NCBI GenBank assembly: GCA_963712745.1
Contig: CAVQJC010000005.1
Coordinates: 64,001-128,000, forward strand
Direction of reading: 5' to 3'
DNA from: an uncultured Chloroflexia bacterium
GTDB lineage: Bacteria; Chloroflexota; Limnocylindria; Limnocylindrales; CSP1-4
Length of the DNA: 64,000 nucleotides
Each line of letters starts with the position of its first letter. Within the stretch, counting starts at the first letter, position 1. The notes below the pieces were generated by a model. The model was not told the origin of the DNA and searched no databases. It worked only from the letters and a program-made list of their open reading frames with translations. Positions 9,884 through 19,025 of this stretch are shown in pieces. Both the position numbers and the translations under genes were made by a program.

Positions 9884-10783
9884 TCAACCTCTGCCGATGA
9901 ACTCGAGGATGTCCGGGCAGAGGCGCTCGTCCGAGATGGCCTGCATATGGTCCTTGCCTTCGTAGACACACAGGGTGCAGTCAGGGATCAGGCTGGCGGT
10001 CTCGTCGAGATATCCCTCGGGGAACATGAAGTCGGCATCGCCGCCGATGAGCAGCACCGGGACACCGATCTCGGGCAGGACGGGTCGCGCGTCGAAGGCC
10101 ACCTCGGCCTCGCCCTCGATCAGCACGTCGCTGGCGAACTCGGGGTGCCCGCCGCGGAACCCAATCCGTCCCATCACCTGGCCGAACAGCCAGGCCAGGC
10201 CGGGAACACGAACCTGCGGGAAGTAGTCTTCGAACATCCCCCTGGCGGCTTCGACCGGTCGACCTTTGCTGAGGCGCTCGGCGAACCGGTAGTCGATGTG
10301 TTTGCCGCGCTCGCTCACCTCGTAGCCAGCCAAGGCGATGACGATGTGGTCGAAGCGATCGGGGTGGCGAGCCGCCAGATAGAAGCCGATGATTCCGCCG
10401 TATGACGTCCCGAGCGCCACGTCCACCTTGCCGCCCAATTCCGACTCGATGAACTCAGCGTAGTCGTCGGCCATGTCGGCGATGGAATGCCCCTGCGGCA
10501 TGCCCTGCTTGCGCATGACGTACCAGATCGTGTAGCCCTCGTCGATGAACCGGCGGAACGGGCGAAGCATCATCCGGAGACTGATACCAGCGGGGGCGAA
10601 GTTGCCCGGACCACCGGGCATGAGCAGGAGCGTCTTCGCTCCCTCGCCCCATCGCGCGTACGCCATGCGACTCTTGGACATGCCGGTGACCGGCCTCGGT
10701 GCTCCCATCCAGACCGCCCGGCGTCCGGCGAGGATGGCCACGCCAGCCACGAAGAACAGTGCGATGAGTCGTCTCATGATCAA
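9884..10783 (-). CDS. Alpha/beta fold hydrolase
   Basis: LLMPGGPG, LGTSYGG nucleophile elbow, IGGDADFMFP, GKDH. Confidence 0.85.
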   Translation of the reverse strand: MIMRRLIALFFVAGVAILAGRRAVWMGAPRPVTGMSKSRMAYARWGEGAKTLLLMPGGPGNFAPAGISLRMMLRPFRRFIDEGYTIWYVMRKQGMPQGHSIADMADDYAEFIESELGGKVDVALGTSYGGIIGFYLAARHPDRFDHIVIALAGYEVSERGKHIDYRFAERLSKGRPVEAARGMFEDYFPQVRVPGLAWLFGQVMGRIGFRGGHPEFASDVLIEGEAEVAFDARPVLPEIGVPVLLIGGDADFMFPEGYLDETASLIPDCTLCVYEGKDHMQAISDERLCPDILEFIGRG

Positions 10784-11628
10784 ACCCCTCTTTCGACTCG
10801 GACGGCGGCTTCCTCGGCTCGCGGCCTGGCGATCGCTCGCACCCGTACCGCCTCGGGCGAGGGAGTGGGCTCCCGACGGAGTTCGGTCGGCAGTTCCTGG
10901 CCGCCGACCCAGGCCTCAATCGTGCGGATGTGCAGGTCGGGTGCCTGTCTTTGCCAGCAGTGGTCAAGGCCGGGCGCGTACCAGGCCTCGCCGTGGGGCA
11001 TGAGCGCGGCAAGGGCCGCGTTGGACGGCCGGTACCAGGCCTCTTGCTCACCTGCGACGAGCAGCGTCGGGTTCGACGTCTCGGCGAGCGGCGGGAGGCG
11101 TTCCATGCTTCCCACGAAGGCACGCCAGAACGCGAGGCGTGACGCATCGCGCAGGTCAGCCTCATCCATGACATTCCCGAATAGCGCTCGGAACCACCGA
11201 GCGTGCTTGAAGGGCAGTGCCGCGGTCAGCACGTACAGCAGAGGAAGCCTCGACGCTCGCGGCCAGTGGATGGGCGTGCCGTCCGCGATCACCCGATCGA
11301 CCAGTTCCGGATGGCGACTCAGCAAGGTAAGCGCGAGTGTCGCCCCCCAGGAGAGTCCCACCACGTGGACCAGCTGCCCTGGGACCCTCGATCCGATGAG
11401 CTCGGCCAGCAGCGCGACGATATGCCCGTTCGATGACGGTGCAAGGTGGTTGCTGCGTCCGAACCCCGGCAGGTCGGGGGCCAGGCAGTGGAAGTGGCTG
11501 AGCTTGGTCATGTGCCCTTGCCAGATGCGCCCGCTCTGACCCATCCCGTGGATGAAGAGGATGTCCGGTGAGCCCGGTGTCCCTGACTCCTCCACGTACA
11601 TGCCACCCAGGTACTTGGGGTGGCTCAT
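10780..11628 (-). CDS. Alpha/beta fold hydrolase
   Basis: FIHGMGQSG, APDLPGFGRS, VGLSWGA, PGLDHCW. Confidence 0.88.
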   Translation of the reverse strand: MSHPKYLGGMYVEESGTPGSPDILFIHGMGQSGRIWQGHMTKLSHFHCLAPDLPGFGRSNHLAPSSNGHIVALLAELIGSRVPGQLVHVVGLSWGATLALTLLSRHPELVDRVIADGTPIHWPRASRLPLLYVLTAALPFKHARWFRALFGNVMDEADLRDASRLAFWRAFVGSMERLPPLAETSNPTLLVAGEQEAWYRPSNAALAALMPHGEAWYAPGLDHCWQRQAPDLHIRTIEAWVGGQELPTELRREPTPSPEAVRVRAIARPRAEEAAVRVERGV

Positions 11629-12137
11629 CTCGTCACCCCGACGGTGTCCTCTTCGGAGTCAGACCGCGGTTCCAGGACCACGACCGCCATCTCGCGCGAC
11701 AGCCTGGCGGCATCACTGTCGATGTCGCACATGAAGCCCACGCCGGACCGCTTGCCGAAGTCGCGCCACAGGGCCCACAGGCGCTTCCGTTCATCGCCCT
11801 CCGCCGCCCGTGCCCGAACGGGATGGATCCCATCTTTCAGCCGGACGACGGCATCGGGGCAAGCCTGGAGGTTGAGCCACCACGCAGGGTCCGCGTCGGA
11901 CCACCCGTTGAACGGGATGATGACGAGGTTCGCGCCATCCTCCAGGTAGCCGATGATCGCGCTCCGCTCCCTGCCCGAGTGGCGACCGACCGTCATGAGA
12001 CACATCTCTCCCCAACGATCGGATCTCGGGCGTGATAATGCGAGGCGCCCTCCCGAGAGCCGATGGACGGTGCGCTGGGCAGTCCCGAACCCACGGAAGA
12101 ACCAGGGAGGAGGCAGGCGCCGACGCTCGCTGCTCAT
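11625..12137 (-). CDS. F420-dependent (deazaflavin) nitroreductase/quinone reductase family protein
   Basis: LMTVGRHSGRER, NGWSDADPAWWLNLQACPDA, ARAAEGDERKRLW; ATG at 12137 overlaps the MTase stop. Confidence 0.82.
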   Translation of the reverse strand: MSSERRRLPPPWFFRGFGTAQRTVHRLSGGRLALSRPRSDRWGEMCLMTVGRHSGRERSAIIGYLEDGANLVIIPFNGWSDADPAWWLNLQACPDAVVRLKDGIHPVRARAAEGDERKRLWALWRDFGKRSGVGFMCDIDSDAARLSREMAVVVLEPRSDSEEDTVGVTR

Positions 12138-12778
12138 GCCGACGCATCTGCCGGCTTCGTGCCTCGGGCGAGCAGCGCCTTCGAGAACACCGGCATCACC
12201 GAGACGGTGACATCGCCGAAGCCGGCCTCCTCCACCAGCCGCTGTGCGGCGTCGTCGGTCCACTGCCACTGGCCCCACTTGTCGACCACGCCCTCGGTCG
12301 CGCCGGCCGGCGCCTCCCCTGCCTCACCCAGGGTGACTGCCAGCCGACCGCCCGGACGCAGGACCCGGTGCATCTCCTTCAGCGCCGCCAGCGGATCGGG
12401 GAAGAACTTCATGGCGTTGACGGAGGTAGCGACGGTGAAGCGGCCGTCGTCCCAGGGCAGATGGTCGGCATCGCCCTCGACGATCTCCGCGGTGCCCGCG
12501 GTGATGCGCTCGGCCAGGCGGCGCCGGGCCGCCTCGAGCTGCAGCGCCGAGGCGTCGAGACCAGCGACGTAGCGCACACCTCCCGCGTGGTCGACGAACA
12601 GCGTCGCCGAGCCACATCCGACGTCGAGCAGCTCATCGTCGGGCTGCAGGTCCAACTCCGCGGCGATCGCCTCGTGGAATGGACGGCTGCTTCTCGGCAT
12701 CAGCCTGACGCCGAGTCGTCCGGGCAGGCCGTGCGGTACTCCGAAGAATGACATCCACCAACTTCGGCGCAGACCCAT
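12134..12778 (-). CDS. Class I SAM-dependent methyltransferase
   Basis: LLDVGCGSA, GLDAS, GDADHLPW, EMHRVLRPGG. Confidence 0.9.
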   Translation of the reverse strand: MGLRRSWWMSFFGVPHGLPGRLGVRLMPRSSRPFHEAIAAELDLQPDDELLDVGCGSATLFVDHAGGVRYVAGLDASALQLEAARRRLAERITAGTAEIVEGDADHLPWDDGRFTVATSVNAMKFFPDPLAALKEMHRVLRPGGRLAVTLGEAGEAPAGATEGVVDKWGQWQWTDDAAQRLVEEAGFGDVTVSVMPVFSKALLARGTKPADASA

Positions 12779-12901
12779 CGCACGTCCCCCCATGCACACG
12801 GGCCGGGTTCGCCAGTGGCTCGGCGCGGTCCTCAGCGGCCATGATCGACGGGCCGCGCGTCCTCGCCTCCCGCTAGGTCCGATTATCCCGTGGCAGCCAA
12901 G
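12779..12901 (-). promoter_or_regulatory. Conserved cassette leader, copy 1 (promoter-like box plus structured 5' UTR)
   Basis: - strand CTTGGC..CACGGGATAAT..GCGGGAGGC..GCGGCC-loop-GGCCGC..GAGCCACTGGCGAACCCGGCCCG..GGGGGACGTGCG-ATG; recurs at about 18630, 24765, 34035, 37472 and 48494. Confidence 0.65.
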
Positions 12902-12965
12902 CCCGATGTCTGGAAGGGGCGGCTAATCGGGCAGCTATGCCGCCATCATCTGGCGTCGACCGGAT

Positions 12966-13176
12966 CACGCTCGCGAACCGCACAATAATCGACGCCTTCG
13001 CCGCTCGGGGCGCCACGCTCACAACCCCCGCAGCCTTCGCCGCTCGAGCCTGAAAGGCTCCCAAAGCATGTGCGCTACCGCTGCGCTACACCCCGACGTG
13101 GTTCGTGCGTGATTAAGGGTACACAGCGCGCCTCGATAGCGACGCCGATGGGCCTACAGCACTCGAACCGCGCGAT
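12966..13176 (-). repeat. tRNA-Pro-derived att-like repeat R1
   Basis: CACGCTCGCGAACCGCAC..GCCTTCGCCGCTC x2..GCTCCCAAAGCATGTGCGCTACCGCTGCGCTACACCCCG (13057-13095, tRNA 5' half)..GGGTACACAG..CCTACAGCACTCGAACCGC. Confidence 0.93.
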
Positions 13177-13312
13177 ATGCCGAACGGGTCAGTCTCGCGC
13201 CATGGGCCTCGATCCGGAGCATGCCAAGGTCGTATCCATGGGCCCCAGGTCGGCGCTGTGCGACTCGAGGCGACGCTGCCGCCAGCCGGACGCTCGTCGT
13301 TCCTCCGCCAGG

Positions 13313-14500
13313 CTACTCGCGACCCGACTGCCGTGCGAGGTCGCGCTTGAACTCATCGATCTCGGGGACCGAGATGACCGACTCGCTGAGCCAATCGGGC
13401 AATCCACCCACCGCAGCGAGGTCGACGTTCGAGCCACCCATGCGCTGGACGTACGCTGGATCGGTCACGATGAACTCCCAGGGATGGACCTCCGCCATAC
13501 GGGTCACGATCTGCTCCGCCGTGATGTTCACGACGGTGTAGTCCTGGGCTAGCGTGAACGGGCCGCGGTAGCCGGTGCGGAGACCATCGAGAATCGGCTG
13601 CGGCGTCCCCGGAGCGATCATCGCGTGATAGCCCATGGCCATGCCCGGCTTGGTCGCCTCGAAGACCTTCGCGGCGGCCTGCGGTGCGGTGTGCATCGTC
13701 CAGGCGACGGTCCTCGCGATGAGCTCGGGCCAGCCCATCTTCTCCATGTACATCTCCGGCGGATTGAAGATCTCATGGATGAGGAGATCGACGCCCTTGG
13801 CATTCTCGACGGTGAAGGTCGATGGTTCGCAATCGCCGGCGTACACCAGCGACAGCCCCGCGTAGTCCAGGCGGTAGCCGACCGCACCGAAGATGGAATG
13901 TGGCACCGGGAACGCGCGGATGGCGACGCCGTCCTCTTCGTAGATGAGGGTCGCCTCATCCGCCGCGAAACGATGCGGCGTGATCTCGTACACGCGCGGA
14001 TCCAGCCCGGCCTTGGCGCGATCATGCCAGGTCGCCAGACGCTTGATGGCGTCCACGACAGCCTCGGTGGACTCACCCTCGCCGCTGCCGTCGGGTCCGT
14101 GGATGTGCATCGGCTCGAGCCGCCCGTTCGTCTGGCCGAAGTCGTAGTAGACGGGCAGGTCGGCGATGTGATCGAGGTGGAAGTGGGTGATGAAGAACCG
14201 TGTCGCCTTCCAATACGGCAGTCGCAGCGTGTTGAAGGCCATGTTCGTGCCCGGGCCGGCATCGAAGATGAAGCTCTGTCCGTTGCCGCACTCCACGAGC
14301 CAGCCGGCGCAGCCCTGGCCCCGCCGTGCCGGATAGCCGGTGCCCAGGGCGGTGACGCGGACCTCCGCCCTCGCCAACTCCTCGGACTCGGGCGTATAGC
14401 GGTCCGGATAGGTACGTCGCTCAGCAGACTCGTCCTTCACCACGACCGGATGCGTCGTCAGCGGCACGCTGTGGTACGGCTCGGGTAGTCGCTCAGCCAT
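13313..14500 (-). CDS. MBL-fold metallo-hydrolase (RNase Z/arylsulfatase-like)
   Basis: LGTGYP, FDAGPG, ITHFHLDHIAD, PVPHSI, YAGDCEP, LIHE; AGGGAGG RBS before ATG 14500. Confidence 0.88.
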   Translation of the reverse strand: MAERLPEPYHSVPLTTHPVVVKDESAERRTYPDRYTPESEELARAEVRVTALGTGYPARRGQGCAGWLVECGNGQSFIFDAGPGTNMAFNTLRLPYWKATRFFITHFHLDHIADLPVYYDFGQTNGRLEPMHIHGPDGSGEGESTEAVVDAIKRLATWHDRAKAGLDPRVYEITPHRFAADEATLIYEEDGVAIRAFPVPHSIFGAVGYRLDYAGLSLVYAGDCEPSTFTVENAKGVDLLIHEIFNPPEMYMEKMGWPELIARTVAWTMHTAPQAAAKVFEATKPGMAMGYHAMIAPGTPQPILDGLRTGYRGPFTLAQDYTVVNITAEQIVTRMAEVHPWEFIVTDPAYVQRMGGSNVDLAAVGGLPDWLSESVISVPEIDEFKRDLARQSGRE

Positions 14501-14664
14501 CTTCGTGCCTCCCTTGGGCTGTGGTTGAACCTGCTCGACATCGACGGTACCGGGTTTGGCCAGGGTCGACGCGGCAGAGGTTCCCCGGCAGCGTGCAACC
14601 GATGCAGGCAATCGCTACGGTAAGGCCCACCGGCCTCACGTCGCAGCCATACAGAGGTACATGT

Positions 14665-17001
14665 ATGCCAGAGCACGATCCAGTCGTGGATGGATCTACG
14701 CTTCCGTTTCCCAAGCCCAAGTCTGGCAGCGTGGCCGGCCGCACGATGCAAGAGTCCATCTACGACCCGGCGCCCCCACCACAGCGGCTGCCGGCTGATG
14801 CGCCGAACATCCTGATCATCCTGATCGACGATGCCGGGCCAGCGCTGCCGGAAGCGCTGGGCGGTGTCGTGCACACCCCGACGCTGGAGCGAGTCCTCTC
14901 GGAGGGGATCGGGTTCAACCGCTTCCACACGACAGCCATGTGCTCGCCCACCAGGGCCTCGTTGTTGACGGGCCGCAACCACCACCGGGTCGGCAGCGGC
15001 GTGATGACCGAGTTCGCCAACGACTGGGATGGCTACTCGGGCGTCATCCCCCGCAGTAGCGCCCTCCAGGCCGAGGTGCTGCGACAGTACGGCTACGCCA
15101 CCGCCGCGTTCGGCAAGTGGCACAACACCCCTGGGATCGAGACGTCGGCGGCCGGGCCGTTCGACAATTGGCCGGCTCGCATCGGGTTCGAGTACTTCTA
15201 TGGGTTCCTCTCGGGTGAAGCCTCACAGTACGAACCGAACCTCGTCCGCAATACGACCCCGGTCCTGCCGCCGAAGACGCCGGAGGAGGGATATCACCTG
15301 AGCGAGGACCTCGCCGAAGACGCGGTCCGCTGGCTCCAGACGCACAAGGCGGTGCAGCCCGACAAGCCCTTCTACCTGTACTGGGCGAGTGGAGCCGTCC
15401 ATGGCCCCCACCACGTTCACAAGCAGTGGGCTGACAAGTACCGTGGCATGTTCGACGACGGCTGGGACGCCTATCGTGAGCAAGCGTTCGAAGGCGCCAA
15501 GGCGAAGGGCTGGATCCCGGAGACCGCCGAGTTGACGCCCCGGCATCCGACGATGCCGGCGTGGGACGATCTCCCAGAGGACCAGAAGCCGTTCCAGCGC
15601 CGCCTGATGGAAGTGTTCGCCGGCTTCGGCGAGCACGCCGACGTACAGGCGGGCAAGGTCATCGATGAGATCGAACGCCTCGGCTACGGGGATAACACCC
15701 TGGTCGTCTACATCTGGGGTGACAACGGATCATCGGGCGAGGGCCAGCAAGGAACCATCAGCGAGTTGATGGCGGTGAACGGTATCCCCTCCACGGTCGA
15801 GCAGCACATCGAGGCCCTCGACACGCTCGGCGGGCTCGATGTGCTTGGCTCACCGCTCGTCGACAACATGTACCACGCTGGGTGGGCGTGGGCGGGCAGC
15901 GCCCCCTACCAGGGCATGAAGCTGCTCGGATCGCACTTCGGTGGAACCCGGAACCCGATGGCCATCCGATGGCCCGCGAGGATCACACCCGACGCGAGAC
16001 CGCGATCGCAGTTCCACCACTGCAACGACCTCGTGCCCACTATCTACGAGCTGCTTGGCATCACGCCGCCGCAGACCGTGAATGGAGCCCCCCAGGACCA
16101 GATCGATGGGGTGAGCCTGGCCTACACCTTCGATGACCCTGACGCCGAAGGGCGCCTTCGCACGCAGTACTTCGACATCATGGGTAGCCGGGCGATCTAT
16201 CACGACGGCTGGATGGCCTCCGCCATCGGGCCACGGCTGCCCTGGGTCCCAGGTCTCGACCCGAAGATGTTCGAGTGGACACCCGACAAGGACGTCTGGG
16301 AGCTCTACAACCTCGAGGAGGACTGGTCGCAGGCCCATGACCTCGCCGGGGCGATGCCCGAGAAGCTGGCGCAGATGAAGGAGGTCTTCCTCATCGAAGC
16401 GGCCAGGAACAAGGCCCTGCCGATCGGCGGCGGGCTATGGATCCCCTTCCATCCTGAGTTCCGTGCCGCATCGCCGCAGACCGAATGGACCTTCGCAGGC
16501 GACCTCGTTCGCATCCCGGAGCCCGTCGCGCCGGGGCTGGGCAACAGGCCCAACGTCGTCACCATCCTCGCGGACGTGCCCAGCGACGCCACCGGTGTGC
16601 TCTACAAGCTTGGTGCTGGCTCTTCTGGCGTCACGCTGTTCGTCGAGGACGGCCACCTGGTCTACGAGTACAACCTGTTCATCATCCAGCGAACCCAGAT
16701 CCGTTCCGCCACCAAGCTTCCGGTCGGCAAGGTGGAGATCCGAGTGACGACCCTGCCGGTCGAACCGCGCCCCTCGGGTCCCCTGCAGGTGATGCTCGAG
16801 GTCAACGGCGACGCCGTGGGCGAAGGCACCGTCCCGGTCAGCATCCGTACGAGCTTCACGGCCAACGACTGCCTGGACATCGGGCAGGCGCTCGGCTCTC
16901 CAGTCTCGCTCGACTACCGTGACCGGGCACCGTTCAAGTTCAACGGCACGATCGAGCAGGTCCAGGTGAGGTACCTACCACCGGCGCAGCCGTCAGCGTA
17001 G
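14665..17001 (+). CDS. Arylsulfatase (formylglycine-dependent)
   Basis: PNILIILIDDAG, CSPTRASLLTGRNHH, FGKWHN, IWGDNG. Confidence 0.93.
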   Translation: MPEHDPVVDGSTLPFPKPKSGSVAGRTMQESIYDPAPPPQRLPADAPNILIILIDDAGPALPEALGGVVHTPTLERVLSEGIGFNRFHTTAMCSPTRASLLTGRNHHRVGSGVMTEFANDWDGYSGVIPRSSALQAEVLRQYGYATAAFGKWHNTPGIETSAAGPFDNWPARIGFEYFYGFLSGEASQYEPNLVRNTTPVLPPKTPEEGYHLSEDLAEDAVRWLQTHKAVQPDKPFYLYWASGAVHGPHHVHKQWADKYRGMFDDGWDAYREQAFEGAKAKGWIPETAELTPRHPTMPAWDDLPEDQKPFQRRLMEVFAGFGEHADVQAGKVIDEIERLGYGDNTLVVYIWGDNGSSGEGQQGTISELMAVNGIPSTVEQHIEALDTLGGLDVLGSPLVDNMYHAGWAWAGSAPYQGMKLLGSHFGGTRNPMAIRWPARITPDARPRSQFHHCNDLVPTIYELLGITPPQTVNGAPQDQIDGVSLAYTFDDPDAEGRLRTQYFDIMGSRAIYHDGWMASAIGPRLPWVPGLDPKMFEWTPDKDVWELYNLEEDWSQAHDLAGAMPEKLAQMKEVFLIEAARNKALPIGGGLWIPFHPEFRAASPQTEWTFAGDLVRIPEPVAPGLGNRPNVVTILADVPSDATGVLYKLGAGSSGVTLFVEDGHLVYEYNLFIIQRTQIRSATKLPVGKVEIRVTTLPVEPRPSGPLQVMLEVNGDAVGEGTVPVSIRTSFTANDCLDIGQALGSPVSLDYRDRAPFKFNGTIEQVQVRYLPPAQPSA

Positions 17002-17066
17002 CCGAGGTCGTAGCCCGACCGCGTCGAATCGGGCTACAGGAGCAGGCGTGAGTTGCTCAAGGCCGG

Positions 17067-17277
17067 CACGCTCGCGAACCGCACAATAATCGAGGCCTTC
17101 ACCGCTCAGCTCGCCACGCTCGAAGCCCCGGAGCCTTCACCGCAAACCCCTCCTAGGCTCCCAAAGCATGTGCGCTACCGCTGCGCTACACCCCGATGGC
17201 GTCTGTGCACGGATAGGGTACACAGCAGGGCTCGATAGCGACACCAGAGAGCCTACAGCGCTCGAACCGCACAATAA
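17067..17277 (-). repeat. tRNA-Pro-derived att-like repeat R2
   Basis: Full copy; GAACCGCACAATAA present at both ends. Confidence 0.93.
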
Positions 17278-17429
17278 CGGCTGCAGAGCGCAAGTGCTCA
17301 TCCCGCGACTGGGGTGTGACGGGCGTGGTCGCCAGATGCCCTTCCATACCGTCGTGACCAAGCACCATCACAGGCGGACGGGGAACCCGGGTCCTCGGCT
17401 TGGGCCGAGGACCCGATCCGGCAAGTCAG

Positions 17430-18629
17430 CTACTCGGGAGGTTCAGGCGGAGCACCTTCGAAGATGACACCTTCGAGATCGGTCATGCCGTTGGGTGCGT
17501 GCGTCCAATCGACCATGTACGTCAAGCCCTCGTAGGCGCCCGTGCCTTCGAGGACGGCGAAGCTGTGTCCTGAGCCGTCCATCGCACGCGTGCCGTTGCG
17601 CGGCCCGACCCATGAGCCGTCTGGGCCCTCGAGTTCATAGGTGCCCCAGGTCGGTGACCCGATCCCGTACTGGCAGTCGCAGCTCCAGACCGTGGTCGCC
17701 CGGCCCGTCACCCGCGGGTCACTGGCGGTGTCGCGGCACGACATGGTCAGCCCGTCGATGGCCCAGATGCCGTCATGGAAGGTGACCCGGGGCGGAGCGC
17801 TCCAGTCCGGCGTGCAGGGACTGATCGACCCGGTCACCCAGGCACCAGCGTCGGGCGCCGGTGACATCGCGCCGTCGTCCCACCCTTGGATCGCCTCCCA
17901 GGCGACGCGCTGGAGGTACGCGGCCTCCTCCTCGCTCACACCCTCGGGCCGGTAGGTCAGGCCCTCGGGACTGTGCCCGTAGACCGTGGCGTAGATGACC
18001 GCCGCCGCGAGGTACAGGCCGTGGACGCTTGGGTGGCTCATGTCGGGACCGAGCATGTCGAGCTCTGGTCGCTCGATGAGCGAATCGATCATCGCCATCG
18101 CGACGGGGGCGATGTCGGCGTCCAGCTCGTCCTCGATCTGACGGTGCGCAGCCTCGATGCCCGCATGGCCCATCCAGTCCGCGAGGATGAAAGGCCAGGT
18201 CATGTAGTAGACCGGCCGTGCACCGCCGTCACGTACCGCTTGATCGAGAGTGCGGGCGCTCTCGAGGAACGTCTCGACCGCCGTCTCAGGGTCGTAGTTC
18301 TCCGGGATGTCGCCCTGGAGCACGACAACGTCAGGTCCCCTCTCTCGAACCCGCTCGGCCGAGACTCTACTCACGAAGGACTTCAGTGGCGCACCACCCG
18401 CCGTGATCGAGTCCACTTCGATCGTCCGAGGTGGGTCCTCCGACGCGGCCAGCCCTGCGACGTGGGACCACACCCCATCGTCCCAGAACGAGAAGCTGTT
18501 CCCGACGAAGAGCAGGCTGTCGGGGCTGGCTGGCAGTTCCTCGCTCTCCGTGGCGGCCGCCGTACCTCCCAGTCCGCTGAGCAGCGCCAGGATGATCGCC
18601 CCGACCAGAGTCAGCCGCTGCGTGCCCAT
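17430..18629 (-). CDS. Secreted SGNH/GDSL-like hydrolase with extra C-terminal domain
   Basis: Signal peptide, LLFVGNSFS, DVVVLQG, DMSHPSVHGLYLAAAVIY. Confidence 0.75.
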   Translation of the reverse strand: MGTQRLTLVGAIILALLSGLGGTAAATESEELPASPDSLLFVGNSFSFWDDGVWSHVAGLAASEDPPRTIEVDSITAGGAPLKSFVSRVSAERVRERGPDVVVLQGDIPENYDPETAVETFLESARTLDQAVRDGGARPVYYMTWPFILADWMGHAGIEAAHRQIEDELDADIAPVAMAMIDSLIERPELDMLGPDMSHPSVHGLYLAAAVIYATVYGHSPEGLTYRPEGVSEEEAAYLQRVAWEAIQGWDDGAMSPAPDAGAWVTGSISPCTPDWSAPPRVTFHDGIWAIDGLTMSCRDTASDPRVTGRATTVWSCDCQYGIGSPTWGTYELEGPDGSWVGPRNGTRAMDGSGHSFAVLEGTGAYEGLTYMVDWTHAPNGMTDLEGVIFEGAPPEPPE

Positions 18630-18750
18630 AGCATTCCCCCATCTGGTTCGCGGGGCGGGTTCGCCAGTGGCTCGACACGGTCCAGGCGGCCAGTTCTGGG
18701 GCTGTGCCTCATCGCCTCCCGTTACCACTGATTATCGCGCGGCCGCCAAG
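18630..18750 (-). promoter_or_regulatory. Conserved cassette leader, copy 2
   Basis: + strand GGGTTCGCCAGTGGCTC..GCGGCC..GCCTCCCG..GATTATC..GGCCGCCAAG. Confidence 0.6.
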
Positions 18751-18828
18751 CCGAGTCGTGGTGGCTCGGATCCACCGCCTTGGTCGGACATCGGGCAGAA
18801 CTCCGGCGCCGAAGACAAGCCCGCAGAT

Positions 18829-19025
18829 CACGCTCGCGAACCGCACAATAATCGAGGCCTTCGCCGCTCTGGCTATCGTGCGTGGAACCCCGGAGCCTTC
18901 ACCGCAAACCCCTCGTAGGCCCCCAAAACATGTGCGCTACCTCTGCGCTACACCCCGACGAGTTCGTGCGTGACTAGGGTACACGGCACTCGTCTGAAGC
19001 GACAGCAGAGGGCCTGCAGCGCTCG
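18829..19025 (-). repeat. tRNA-Pro-derived att-like repeat R3
   Basis: Type-B arm (CCGCAAACCCCTCG); D-loop identical to the native tRNA (CTACCTCTGCGC). Confidence 0.9.

Noticed and set aside
12779-12901. Cobalamin or ZTP riboswitch assignment for the leader (GCCACTG, ACTGGCGAA)
   Set aside because: Only short words match; the other conserved elements are absent or in the wrong order, so it is left as an unassigned candidate
17053-17238. Recurring short ORFs such as TLANRTIIEAF..PEPSP..RLPKHVRYRCATPR and MLWEPFRLERRR
   Set aside because: These are translations of the DNA repeat; starts, stops and frames are inconsistent between copies
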